Under the pieces are notes generated by a model. The model was not told the origin of the DNA and ran no database searches. It saw only the letters and a list, made by a program, of their open reading frames with translations. Made by a program: the position numbers and the translations under genes. A stretch of 64,000 bases of DNA from Octopus sinensis. Its lineage: Eukaryota. Position 1 is the stretch's first letter; every line of letters begins with the position of its first letter. The stretch lies in contig NC_043010.1 of assembly GCF_006345805.1 (NCBI RefSeq), positions 16,492,001 through 16,556,000 on the forward strand, in the 5' to 3' direction. Shown in pieces: positions 12,440 to 26,792 of the stretch.

Positions 12440-14100
12440 AATTATTAGACACTTGAAGAACAAGGGCTAACTTTTCGGGGTCACTTAACTGTTGAAAGTG
12501 GCAACGGAATATTTATGCGAATTTTAGAACGAAATGGTCATTCTGATGACAAATGCTTATTTGAAGAAAACTTTCAAAATTAAAAAGGAACGCATACAAA
12601 CTCCTTATTTATTACCTGATATTCAAGATGATTTCATTAATTGTATTGTGATCAAACTATAAAGATTATTTTAACGCAACATATGTATAGAATATTACAA
12701 TATATTTGTAGATGTCACACCTGGTTCGTCACTTATAATACAAGCTGCATTGGTTTAGAGCGGGAATATTTAGCAATCAGATCACTATACCCGATTTCAC
12801 GATTCGCTAGAATTATCCACGTGATAAAATACTCTAACCAATCACAGCTCCGCGGCAATTCTGTCTTTTTGCGCTTTCCCCTCTGAGCCAATTCAGCATT
12901 ATAAATTCAGCACACCTTATCTGCTTGACATAGAACCTTGACCGACAGCATACGAGACGGCTAACAGAGATGGCGGACAGCAGCTGGCCCGAGCTGGCAG
13001 CAAATGAACAATCGGAGGACGAAAGACATTAGACATCAGTAGCACGACAAGCAGCTGACCATACTTTGTCTGCTGCTACAGTTATACCAAGAACTCGACG
13101 GAATTACTGCAGCTGAACTCTGCAATGACATCCCTGCTTTCTTTGGACCTCGTCAGAATGCATACAGTATATTTTAATTCTACATAGGTATTCAAACTCT
13201 CTCGATGTTTCATCGTTCTCAGTAACGTCATTTGTTTTTCATTTAGTGGAAAAATATAAATTTTGTTTATCAAAAGTCCAAATAGACTTCCATCTTTTTC
13301 GTACAGGCTTAATGATAAGTTTATCTTCAAGCGAAATTACAGTCAATATTAATTACAATAAGAAAAAAAAAGATATCTAGATTTTGTTGATTATAAGTTA
13401 AATGGTGATGCGACTAAATTAATACTTAATAGTTCAAAACACGATATTCCATTCTCTACCAGTTGTGGTTACAGGATATGGTCACAGAATTAACATGTTT
13501 GGTAGCAATAGCGGTTGCCTAGCAATTCTTGGTTCCAGCTGTTGGATGAATTTTTGTCCTTGTGCTGGTCAAAGACTCGACGGAATTACTGCAGCTGAAC
13601 TCTGCAATGACATCACTGCTTTCTTTGGCCCTCGTCAGAATGCATACAGTATATTCTAATTCTACATAGGTATTCCACTGCATCTTGCCTCTGTTACTCG
13701 ATGGTCAGCAACAGTCCAAAGTGTTAAACCCTTCACAACTCTTATTTTTGGCCGACAAAACCCATTTAAGTCGTTTCTTATTCTGAATCTACAGATGGGA
13801 ACAATTTCAGACATAAAAAAAAACTGCCAAACTTATTTCAATCCTTTGAATGTGTTTTTATGGCATTTAGATCAACATTTCGAGGGTGATTCACTATTGT
13901 CATATTGTTCTTCAAGTTAGGAACATAACAAACGATATGGAGGTGAAGAACTTGGAATCTTTAGTCGGTGAGATAGGTCTTTACGTTAAAACCGAGACAC
14001 TTTTCTTAGAGGAGCTGAAGATGCTGCTCAAAAGTTTGGAAACCCACACGAATTTTCCAACAAGAGATTAATGATACTTATTCTATCACTGAGGATAGGC
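12440..14100 (+). mobile_element. Decayed hAT transposase remnant
   Basis: Ordered degenerate motifs EQGLTFRGH (~12460), GYGHRINMFGSNSGC (cf. GYDNGANMSG..SGV), FCPCAGQRL...AAE...AFFG..QNAY (cf. FVPC.AHSLN...FFG) and SVTRWS (~13695), with stops and frameshifts. Confidence 0.65.
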
Positions 14101-14178
14101 TTAAGGTGGAACTATTTAGCGCCATATTTGTCTTGATCACTAGAAATATTTCAAGACAATTCAATGCAAAGAAAATTA

Positions 14179-14228
14179 ATGCTACTTTCATCAGAGCCAT
14201 TTCGAAATGGTTCTGATGAAAGCAGCAT
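14179..14228. repeat. 50-bp near-perfect palindrome
   Basis: ATGCTACTTTCATCAGAGCCATTTC|GAAATGGTTCTGATGAAAGCAGCAT; 23/25 pairs. Confidence 0.9.
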
Positions 14229-14389
14229 CAATTTTCTTAGGTCGTTCAATTTTTCTCAATTGATCAATAGGCCAATTGAGTAAACTTATCAGTAATGTAC
14301 CTATAATGACTATTGGAAACAGGTGTAAGCCAAATTTGCTCCAATAAAGGAAAAATATGTAATAACCATTACTTTTAACTTGTTTCTTA

Positions 14390-14438
<49 letters not shown>

Positions 14439-14489
14439 GTTTGTCTGTCTGTCTGTCTGTCTATATATATGTATGTATGTATTTATGTA

Positions 14490-14850
14490 TCTTTTACTTG
14501 TTTCAGCCACTAGACTGCAGCCATGCTGGGGCACCACCTTGAAGAACCCCAGTATTTAGTTTTTGTTTTTTTTTACACCTGGTACTTATTCTATCGGTCT
14601 GTTATGTAAAATCGCTAAGTTACAGGAACGTAAACATACCAGCACCGGTTGTCAAGCCGTTGTAGGGAACAAACGCAAACACACATACACGCACGCACAT
14701 ACGGGCTCCTTTCAGTTTCCGTCTACCATATCCACTCACAAGGCTTTGGTCGGCCCGAGGCTATAGTAGATGGCACTAGCCCAAGATGGCACGCAGTGGG
14801 ACTGTACCCGGAACCATGTGGCTGGGAAGCAAGCTTCTTACCACACAACC
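14490..14850 (-). mobile_element. tRNA-derived SINE (same family as 5708), diverged
   Basis: Reverse-complement similarity to 5708-6136 along its length. Confidence 0.8.
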
Positions 14851-16699
14851 ACCTCTCTCTTTCTCTCTCTCCCTCTCCCTCTCACTTTCTCTCTCAATCA
14901 CACACACATACAAGGAAGATGAAATATTCCATATTTAATATCTGTAAATGAATTGGGTATTTCTCCAGCCCTAATTCTACTACTCCCATTAATTAGTGGA
15001 TTGACAGAGCTGTACTTTTGGCACCTCTCAGTCACCACTACAAAATTTGAAAGATCTTTCACTGTCTTAGTTGGCATTTGGAGTTTCTTCAGGTTAACAA
15101 AGTTATTTAAAAGAGAGCGAATTGGGGTCCGAATTGTTGAATGTTGTAAATCAGCAATTTATTTTTGCTTGTCAAATCGACATTATATATCGAGCAGAAC
15201 GCTCCCGCTAATCTATTACACCTGAAATACATTTGGCCAATAAAATGAGATTTAACAATTTCAACTGTAGTACAATTTTCTGTAGCAAATATTAGTGTGT
15301 GTTTAAGTGTGTGAGAGTGTGTGTGTGTGTGCCGCCCTCGGACCCCACAAAAAACACATATTGCCTGGACTTAACTAGGCTAAACGAAGCAAATAAAGAA
15401 ACCAGTGTTAGACGATGCAGCAACGCAGGTCATCAGATCTAGAGGTCTTGTCTATGAACACAATTACGACTCTGTAATTGATGTGTTCTGCAGAAAAGTT
15501 TCCTTGTAATTAGGATTAGCAATGTTTTTCATTTGGTAAAATAAATTTATTGTTATGATACTGGATATAACTGATAGTAACTGGATGATAATATAGTAAG
15601 GTTTATTACCAGGGTATATGTGTGTGTGTGTGTGTAGGGGGGAGAGTTGCGTATGACATCTACATGCACATATCGTAACATATTTCAGAGCTCTTCTAAA
15701 TACATCCATATTCTATATTAACAGATAAAACACACGCACATACTCATATTCATACAAACATACATACATATATACAAACACACACACATATACATACATA
15801 CATACATACATACATACATACATACATACATACATACATACCCTTCATCGGTACGTATATATTAACATGCATATTTACATATATACAATCATATCTACTT
15901 CCGCCTGTCCGTTCATCTCATATTGACAGACTCTATGTAATCAATCATGACGGTTTTTAAAGAATATGACACGTTTTATTACCATTTCGTTCTGTAAAAC
16001 ATTCCTGTAGACGAACCTGCCACCTTAACACCTCTAAGCACTCACTAAAGCTATAAATCGTTTCTTATATTAAGTTTTTGTTAGGAATAGCAAGAGAACA
16101 GGAGACATAAAAGCAGAAAACAGTGTTGAAAAACATCAGCGGCAGATTGATAGCGTGTTGGTGTGAGTGGTAGTGATGGTAAAGTGGCTGTTGTTGTTGG
16201 TGGTGGTTTAAATTTTTCTTGGAGACAAGGAAACGGCTGTTTAATATTTTTACATACCATACCACCAAACACACACACGTACCGACAGACCCACCACTCT
16301 TCAGTGTTGTGATTGATGATGAATGAATCTTGTGTAATCCTGCATGGTTTCATCTGCGTCCTGTTGTGATTTATTTCAAGATATTTATCATGTGGCTTTC
16401 TCATAATAAGGCTGGTCAGTTCCAAGTCGTAGCCTCTAAATGCACAGTTAAACTTGTTTTTAATTTGTCGAATGCGGGTTTGATGCTCTCCTCAGCCTTA
16501 GGGTACTCACGGTCAAATGAATTAAAGGTGCTCCAGCTGTGCCGTTGCATTTCTTTCTTCTTTCTTTTTTAATTCACATACTTGATTTCTCTGATTATGC
16601 TCGTCAATGTTGCTTTAAATAAAAATGTTTTGGGAGTCTATTGAGCACTTGTAGACAATAAGCTTTTGGAAGAACATTTTGGGAAAGCCCAGGGTTCTA

Positions 16700-17310
16700 G
16701 ATTGACCGGGTTGCCCGTTTTATCACAAGTGACCTATCTTACCTGTCCTTTTGCGACTAGCATTCTTTAAACACTTACCGCAGCTCTGATAATGTAACCT
16801 TCGTGTTTCACGTTGAGAAATGGTGAAAGGGCCATTCTCGCCGCTACCACGCCATTCCTCTCTTAATGGCTTCTAGTTTATTCACCAACTCTCCGTTTCT
16901 TTGTTACTATTTATTTGCTAAAATTAATCGATTTCATTCTAAACGCCCTCTTCAGAGTGAACTACCTATCATTAACGATTACCTTGTCAACTGTCGTTTA
17001 TCTAAAAGACTAATGTGTTCTCTGTTACCTTTGCACACCGAGAAAGACATTCAAATTCCTGTAAACAACGCCATCTCTACGAGTCGTCTCTAAGTTGATT
17101 GATCGCGCGTGCGCTTCGGAAATCATGGTCTCGCTGTTCGTTACCATATCTGTCTCTATTGACCTGAGGTTGTTAAGCAAGCGATCTTTCTTCTAAGCCG
17201 ACACCAGGCCACATATAATCAGATAATCCAATTCTGATTTTTAGAGTGTTAATTAGAAAAGGACAGGTAAAATAGTTCACTTGTGGTAAAATGGTTAATC
17301 CTGTCAGCCC
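16700..17310. mobile_element. Old non-autonomous TIR element (~70-bp diverged inverted ends)
   Basis: TTTTATCACAAGTGACCTATCTTACCTGTCCTTTT (~16718-16752) vs AAAAGGACAGGTAAAATAGTTCACTTGTGGTAAAA (~17257-17291); termini and TSD not resolved. Confidence 0.55.
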
Positions 17311-17365
17311 ACCAGCCTAAAAAGATGCCATTCAGTGACTCAGGTCTGAGACGGTTTTAAGCTTC

Positions 17366-17815
17366 GGATCTTTTCGGTTTGAACGGCAGTTTTTTCTAGC
17401 GGTGTCATATGAAATTGCCACCCATAATTATGACCCTAGTATCGATCTATTGCATTTCTATCTATTCTAGGGTTAAGGTTAGAGTTAGGGTTAGTTATGG
17501 TTAGGGCTAGAGGTGGGGGAAGGGTATCTTTTTTTCTTCACAAATGTAAATAAACCCAATCTGTTTCTTAAACGAGGGACATATTCATACGGCACAGAAT
17601 GTTTGTTTGTTTTTATCAATGGACGTCAGTGATTAGTTGAAATTGTAGAAATTGAAGAAAAAAAAACAACAAATATTTTACAAACTATAGAATTTTCTCA
17701 ATAAAGCCAAGAGAAAATGATGTTTTATAAACACATTCTACCAGTATACGAAGTTTAACATTGTTTAGTTACCTAGAAATTATGTTAAAAACTGCCGTTC
17801 AAACCGAAAAGATCC
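17366..17815. mobile_element. Merlin-like MITE copy 3 (450 bp)
   Basis: Perfect TIRs; perfect 8-bp TSD TAAGCTTC (17358-17365, 17816-17823). Confidence 0.9.
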
Positions 17816-18108
17816 TAAGCTTCTCCTGGTGTATTTGGATCAAGAGCTCCATACCTATCACCGACCAATTCTCTTTGTGCATCTCTAATAACGTAGCCTA
17901 ATCTTCAATGTCGGTCAAAACGGTTGGCACCAGTCGTACGATACGCATTTCTGACGGCATATCCACAACCCCCTCCCCTTTCCCACGCGTCGACTCAGAT
18001 ATAAAAGAATGACGATTAATCCCTCATTTTTGAGAGAGGCCGTAGAATGATTTTTCTCCTCGATCTCTGTGGAGAACCTGCCTACTACTACTGCTGCTGC
18101 TGTTGCTG

Positions 18109-18901
<793 letters not shown>

Positions 18902-19536
18902 TATAACAACAACAACAACAATAATAATAATAATGGTTTCTACACTTATAACAATCATTATTAGTCTTTCATTTGTCTACTCCGACTTATGTATATCCGG
19001 GACTACATATACCAAAATGTCTCTTCTTCGTTTGATGAACTTTGATTGTTATTTCTAGCAGATGGAGCAACCACATATAAGTGCCGTTAGCCACGTAACC
19101 AATCTTTTATCTGTAACAGTGAAATATTTTCAATTGCCGCCCCTTTAACGATCATACTTCCTTTTAAAGTCATTTTGATGCTGGAGATCGGAAACTTTTT
19201 ATCACTTTATTTCCGTCTGTTCGACTTGCTTTGTTTTTGTTAACTTTGTACATTAAACTGAACAGCTTTCAGCTGTTCAAAAAAGATAAGCGCCTACCTC
19301 CTCCTGTAAACTTCCCACCCACACATCCTACCTACCTACCTACCTACCTACCTGCCTGCCTAACTATTCTGACTGCTTGTCTAAATGCTACCCCTCCATT
19401 GTCTACATAATATACACCTACCTATTTGCCAAGTTAACTAGCAACCAATTACTTACGTGTGCATGCATGAATAACTGTTTATATGTATGTAATGTATGTA
19501 AGCATATGTGTTTATGAATATATGTACATCTCACAG

Positions 19537-19596
<60 letters not shown>

Positions 19597-19856
19597 CCTA
19601 CCTACCTACCTACCTACCTACCCCCTGTCTGTCTGTCTGTCTGTCTGTATGTATGTATGTATGTATGTATGTATGTTTGTATGCCATTTTCCTATATTAC
19701 TTCATATATTTTTTTAAAAACTACCATTCGATAAATTATAAACATTTCACATTTTATATCTCTGAAGAGCAGAAGAGTTGTCTATAAATGCTTATCAATA
19801 TAGGATTCCATTAAAGGGACAGTACTTCTACGAAACGATCGTAAAATGCTTTAAAC

Positions 19857-20089
19857 ACTTAATTCGAAACTTTTAAAATGTCATTATTATATATATATAT
19901 CTATAATATAAATTGGACATGAGCGATCGTTGTATTTTTTCTTGTCTTGGGGTTCACAGCCGAACGGCTGGGTGGATTCGCGTGAAAAATGGCACACCTG
20001 CGGAGACGGGTGCATAGATTGGAATGCGGTTTGTATTTTTTCCCTAGTATTATATATAATGATGGCATTTTAAAAGTTTCGAATTAAGT
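19857..20089. repeat. Short TIR element (38-bp arms, GC-richer core)
   Basis: ACTTAATTCGAAACTTTTAAAATGTCATTATTATATAT vs 20052-20089 reverse complement, 2 differences. Confidence 0.75.
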
Positions 20090-20397
20090 TTTACATATAT
20101 TTATATTTTTAATACAACAATTATTTTACACACGTATATGTCTTTCTGAAGAATTTTCTAATATTGATTTCCTGATATTAATAATAATATATTATATTAA
20201 AATATATGTATGTGTGTGCGTGCGTATAAACACACAATAGCACACATCTGCAACATATTAATAATGCATGCATACACTTATTTTTGTCCCATCGTGTGTG
20301 CACATATCTTTATAACGTTGTCTGCATCTATCTGTGAGCATAAGAATGCACGCAGATATATAATACATAAGATATGCATATATATATATAATGAATA

Positions 20398-20466
<69 letters not shown>

Positions 20467-21284
20467 CATGTATGTATGCATGTATGTATGTATGTGTGTA
20501 TGTATGTATGTATGTGTATGTATGTATGTATGTATGTATGTATGTATGTATGTATGTATGTATGTGTGTATACACACACACGCGATGAAATCTCCCACAA
20601 GTCTCGACGAATGATGGTCCGTCAGTTCAGCTGCTGATCTACAAATCTATAATCGAACAGTTAGCCTCCTCATACTCTTCGTTTATTTAGAATAGTAAAA
20701 TGTTGTTTCTGACCAGCGATACGTTTGGGAATTCCCAGAAAAATAACGCACAACGTACCCTGACTTCGCTGTACGGAGGACTGCCCAAGGTTTTATTTCG
20801 GAGTAGCCCTCTATTACACACATAGCTGAACTAGAATTAAGTGGAGTCTTTCACCTCGTGGGACTGATGGTGTGCCGCAAATCGACGTGAAATTTTGAAG
20901 CATCAAAGCTACCTCACCAGGCCATCCTGGTGGCTGAGACAGTTTAGTCGCTGACGACCTGACCATTAAACAGATTCTGCTAGCTTACATGTTACCTGCA
21001 GCCTCCTCACACAACCTGATAGGTCATATCTATCTATTTATCTATCTACCTACATCCTGTCTGTCTGTCTATGTGTGCGCGCTTGCTTGCTTGTGTGTAT
21101 GTGTGTAAAGGTGACCAAACTACATTGCTGGCAGATATATTTTAATCGATTGATTAACAGTAGATGAACTTAATGACAAATAAGTGTAATAGAGACAGGA
21201 GATTATTGTAACACTGAAAGATTAAAATATTAGCAGACAAATTAGTGTTTGTTGGCTATATATGTACACATTACACACACACAC

Positions 21285-21326
<42 letters not shown>

Positions 21327-21334
21327 TATTATTA

Positions 21335-21371
<37 letters not shown>

Positions 21372-21416
21372 GTTATTATTATTGTTATTATTATTATTTT
21401 TATTATTATTATTATT

Positions 21417-21765
21417 GATCGACTTTACCCTTCATCCTTTCGGGGTTGACAAATTAAGTACCAGTGAAACACTGCAGTCTGTTTCTTTATTACCCAAAAG
21501 GGGCTAAACATAGAGGGGAGAAACGGATTAAGTCGATTACATCGACCCCCAGTGTGTAACTGGTACTTAATTTATCGACCCCGAAAGGATGAAAGGCAAA
21601 GTCGACCTCGGCGGAATTTGAACTCAGAACGTAACGGCAGACGAAATACGGCTACGCATTTCGCCCAGCGTGCTAACGGTTCTGCAGTCGATGTAATCGA
21701 CTAGTCCCCTCTCACCTGAATTTCAGGCCGTGTGCCTTTAGTAGAAAGGATTATTATTATTATTT
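21417..21765. mobile_element. Two related SINEs nested in opposite orientation (third family)
   Basis: + copy (21417-21479, resuming 21690) interrupted by a - copy (21480-21681); CTGCAGTC repeated at 21472-21479 and 21682-21689; shared core CCTTTCGGGGTCGATAAATTAAGTACCAG. Further copies at ~25200-25335(-) and 63640-63850(-). Confidence 0.75.
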
Positions 21766-21829
21766 CTGTTTGACCAAGTTGGAGCGTCTCTTATTTAAAT
21801 TCTTGTGGAAGGGACGCATTCCAATGGTC

Positions 21830-22950
21830 AGGCGGTCAGTCTGTTGCCAGCGTCCTCTGAGTGGCTGATTAGGTATGCCGTGGCTCCTAATGCGCAGACA
21901 CGCTCTTATGTTATGTCACCTGCAATGATTTCTCGACGGTGAGCGTGTGTGGGCTCAGTTTGTGGGGTTCGTCTTTTCGCAGCTCGTCTCCTTGATGAAG
22001 CTGCAGTCCTGGGTGAAGAAAGAGCGAGACTGGGCGCCTGGCAACTAGAATGTCGTCAGGCGCTCACAACCCTCTACCAGTCGAGCAATGGAATCGGCGG
22101 ATGTTTCGCTTTAGAGATTTATGGAGGATTAGTGGCAGGGAAGTGCAACGACGTTCTCTGGGCGCCGACGAGAACAAACTGGCTAGTCTGTTCCGGAGGA
22201 CTTTCTAGTCGGGAGCTATCATGGATAATTTCCAGATGTCCTTGGCCTGACCACTACCGGTTCGAGATAAACTCTACAGGCACGGATTTGCTGTCAGACG
22301 GGCTTGTCCGAGGTGCTCACAGAGTGATGAAACCGTTCTGCACGCCCTCGTTCAGTGTTCGGGCATTGCTAACTTGTCGGTTATGTCGAACAGCTGCTGT
22401 CATGTGTGGGACGGATCCCTCTGTCGGCTGAGTCTGTAGTGATGATCGCACCGCCGCCCTCCTTCAACTGGGCAGGCAAAGCAGTTTTCCTTTGCCTGGA
22501 GGCTGTGGCGAAAGAGGTCGTTTGGTGGACAAGGCTGAAAGGCATGCAGACAGATACATTACTTCTTGGTAGAGTTCTCATTGACTTCTTCAAGTTTCAC
22601 TTGAAAAGGAAATTGAGAGTGAGGAGTGAAGTGCTGTCCTCAAGTGAGTTTATTGAAAGGTGGGTGAAAGTTGCGAAAATGGCAAGAGTGGAGCGCCAGT
22701 CAAAACAACGACGTGCACATTTATATTTAACACTATTCTCTACTTTAGAATATAGAAGACATTCACCACGGGACTCTTGTCTCGGAGAGAAGTTCCTTGT
22801 AAGAAATCCCATTGAGCTGAGCTTTAAATGTCGTCATCGGACTGTGTGACCGGCGTTTCGGAATGATTCTACCACTTCGGTGACACACCATTTCAGTCGT
22901 TCATAACCCAGTCGGGGCTTCTGTCATTGTATGGGAACAACCAACAATAC
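21830..22950 (+). mobile_element. L1/Tx1-clade LINE ORF2 3' fragment, frameshifted
   Basis: zf-RVT motif LPVRDKLYRHGFAVRRACPRCSQSDETVLHALVQC (~22254-22360), followed by KEVVWWTRLKG...FIERWVKV in ORF 22406..22849. Confidence 0.8.
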
Positions 22951-24121
22951 TTTGGCTGATGAATGCTGAGGTTTTGTTACACAGGCACACACGCAAACAC
23001 ACACACATACACATACGTACACCCCACATATACATGCGCACGCACACAGGGGTAATTGTTCAGTTTGGTAAGATTAAAAAAGTAAATAAAAATTAAGAGG
23101 GAGATAAGTAGCAAACGAAGCAAAGGGACGAATCAATCTTAGGGGAATCGTGGACTAGCTTTCAATTAGGAAAAGCTGGAGACAACATTCTTCAGTGGTT
23201 GGCACGGCTAATTATGAATATGTACACCTGTGGAAATTGTAATTCACCATGTGGCCTTACTACATGTGCTGACGTAACTGATGGGAAATTATGGCACTGC
23301 TAGCGTTGTAAAAGGAGCAAATCTGTTCGTTAACGTTCATTTTTTGAGAGAAGTCATATTTCGCCTGTTTGTGTAAAATGTTGACTTATCTCCCCCTTGA
23401 TTTTTATTTACTTTGTTAATCTAACCAAACTGAACAATTACCATAAACACACACGTCTACACAAGCACACCCCCATTCATATACACATACATGCACACAT
23501 ATACGCACACACGGAAATACACACACACGCACTTGCACACACATGTACACAAGCATATACACATTCGCATACACACGCATGTACACAAGCATGCACACAC
23601 ATATACAAGTACGCATACATACACGCACATGCATACGTAAGCATGCGCGCGCGAGTTGTTATTGTAGTTTAACCCCAGGTCATCTCTGATCCTGCAAACC
23701 GATGATCGAAGGTATTCCAGCAACCTTTATTTTTTTGGTATAGTCTTCTACGGATTATATCAGCCAAAGAATCCAGTTTCTTTTTTTTTTTAAATCTTTT
23801 AAAGCTGCTTGGGTGTGAGAATAGGGGAAATTTTGATGTCAAAAAAAAGAAAAGAAAAGATGAAGATAAAGCAACAGATAGAATGCATGAGGGCCACGAG
23901 TGGAATGCGTTTAAAAAAGATTGGATGGTCACGACTGGAACACTTGAATTCGCGCATCTGCGCACATCTTTGTGAATCCACACATAAAAGAATCACACAT
24001 TTAATTTCATATTTTAAAAATGTTCTATTTCGGACGCTAAACTACAGTGTTACCCAATCAATTACTTCTCGGTCTCTGTCGGTGATGCAAATATAAATAT
24101 ATATAAGTTTGTGTGTGTATG

Positions 24122-24152
<31 letters not shown>

Positions 24153-24164
24153 TATATATATATG

Positions 24165-24242
<78 letters not shown>

Positions 24243-24247
24243 TAGAC

Positions 24248-24286
<39 letters not shown>

Positions 24287-24799
24287 CAGATAGATAGAAA
24301 AAATTAGTGACCACCACCTCGCAACTTTCTGAAAAATGCATATTTTTAAATACAATTTTGTAGAGATACATTTTCGAGGGTGTACATTACTCCACAGTGA
24401 TATTTCAGACCACGTCAACCTGATTTAAACAAAGAAAAAAATATTAAAGTTACGAAAATTGGTTTTAACAATGTCAGAACGGCGGAGGAAGAACTGTCCG
24501 AAACACCTCCAAAAAAACTTTTTTTTTTATAAGTTTTATCCCCAGAACTGTAATCTACACCTCCGAAAAGACCTTTCTATGAAAATTAATTTAAAATTAT
24601 ACGTTTTTCAGGCAGCTATAAATAAACGAAGTCGGTGGAGCACCATTCTATAGTTAAGTCCAAACGGGTTTAAATAAAACAAATTGATTGTAAAAAGAAT
24701 CGATATTTAGTGACTATCGATAACAAAGAGAAGTTGTGTCTGGGCTTCCATACTTTCTTCAGTTGCCCAGTTTTTCTTTTTGTTTTTCAAATTCGCCTC

Positions 24800-25071
24800 T
24801 AGTCACAGGGCTGCAGCTTTCCAGCCAATCAATGCTCCAGATTTCAGTCACGTGACTCTTAACCGTCCTTTCTGTCCAACTAAAAATCAACAAAAACATC
24901 AGACGTTCTACTCGCATTTACTTATATTATTAATTAACAGTTGTTTTCATTACGTTTATGTTTTATTTATTCCCCTTCCCCCGATATTATCAAACATCCG
25001 ACTCTTATTTATTTCGTCATCGATCGGACTTTATGAATCTATAATAATTGGATGTTAAGGAACTTTTAAAG
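24800..25071 (+). promoter_or_regulatory. Candidate promoter and non-coding first exon of the RGS12-like gene
   Basis: AGCCAATCA (CCAAT 24825-24829), palindromic E-box AGTCACGTGACT (24846-24857), consensus donor AAG|GTAAGT at 25071/25072. The first coding exon has an unexplained acceptor at 42141. Linkage is inferred. Confidence 0.4.
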
Positions 25072-26792
25072 GTAAGTTTCTATTTCCATCTAATTAAACC
25101 TGATGCAGGTAAACAGGTGCAACTGTTCAAGCCATACTCTTAACTATTTGATTTGAGCTTAGAGAGAGAAAGAGAAAGGAGTTAATTTAAACAATATCTA
25201 TTTCTTTACTACCCACAAGGGGCTAAACACAGAGGGGACAAACAAGGACAGACAAACGGATTAAGTCGATTATATCGACCCCAGTGCGTAACTGGTACTT
25301 ATTTAATCGACCCCGAAAGGATGAAAGGCAAAGTCATCGTCACACCAATTATCGTACGACTGAATACATTTTCCACTCGTTTTATATGCGAAAGAAGGGC
25401 TGATTGAAAGGATATGGATCCCTTATAAAAGCACCTTACATCATATATGTGTGTGTGCGTGCGCGCGCATAACATAGGCATACCTACAACTATGTATATA
25501 TACAGGAAGCGTGGAACTCGAAGTAACTTTCTGCTTCCAAATATATAATTTTATTTGCCCCACATTTTTATGCTAAAATGCAAACACACTCACACACAGA
25601 GACGTGTGTGTTTGTTAATTAGATTCATTGGAAGTTTACTAATTAACACACGCCAGTTAATTCTTTTAAAGTTGCATTACTATTATTACTTGTATTTTCA
25701 GCTTAATTACACACAAATTTAAATATGTAACACACACAGCTGTCTTGTAAACTTTGTGAAAGATTATCTTTTTTCTGAATGGCTAAATCGCTTAATCCAT
25801 AATTTTCGTATTACTGATTAATTGTGAAGAAAAAAGAAAAAGAAAAAAACCCTATTAATCCTCAATAAATCGATTTTAAAAGATATTTTACTCTAAAATA
25901 AATAGTTTATTTCGTGTGGATCACAGTGGCTCTCAACAGGTGACACAAAACTCGGATTATTTGAACAGCGTAACGTATATGACATATATGTGTGTGTAGA
26001 TATGACAAAAATGTATGCGTTAGGAAGGAGAAATCATTCCTGCTTACATATGTATACAAGGTAAATGTGTATGGATATAAGGTGAATACTTGTGTATGTT
26101 TATAAGATGTATACCAGTGTATAGAGATAAAGATATATTACAAATGTAGGCGTGTGAATGTATATAAGATGCTATTACACATCTTTTACAAATGTTTATA
26201 AAATAAACACATGTATACGAAGGTAAAAGAAACTTTTTATCTGATAGTGTAACGGTCTCAGCCATGATGGTCATATCAATCTGCCCCTGCGTTAATGCTG
26301 AAAGTATAAATCGTTGGGATGCCAAAGTGAAGGTTTATAAAGTCTAAATATTAAATTTTGTTGGTGTCGCCCATCTTACTACACCAAACAGGTCATTAAG
26401 GAGTCGGTCATCTGTGTGGTCGATTGACATGCTAGAAATAATAGTCAAATTGATCTTAATCCACCTCACCATCTTAGAAAGATGCATACACTATGCCTAG
26501 AACTCCCCGCTTTCAAAAAGCTAAAATCTCCGAATGTTTCACTTTCGTCTGATGTCTCACGTATACGTAGAATTCTGCTGAAGTTGCAGACGCCAAAAAT
26601 ATCAGACCACCACCAGAAAACCTGACATGCTAGAAACAACAGCTAAACGACATTATTTTTGAAAAAAACTTACCCGCTTTAAAAAAAGCTAAAAGTGAAA
26701 CTTTCGAAGTTTTTAACTTTTTGAAAGTGGGGAGGTGATGGGTGGAAGTTGGGGAAGGGTATTTGAGTGTTTCTTCAAAAAAATTTTTTTTC

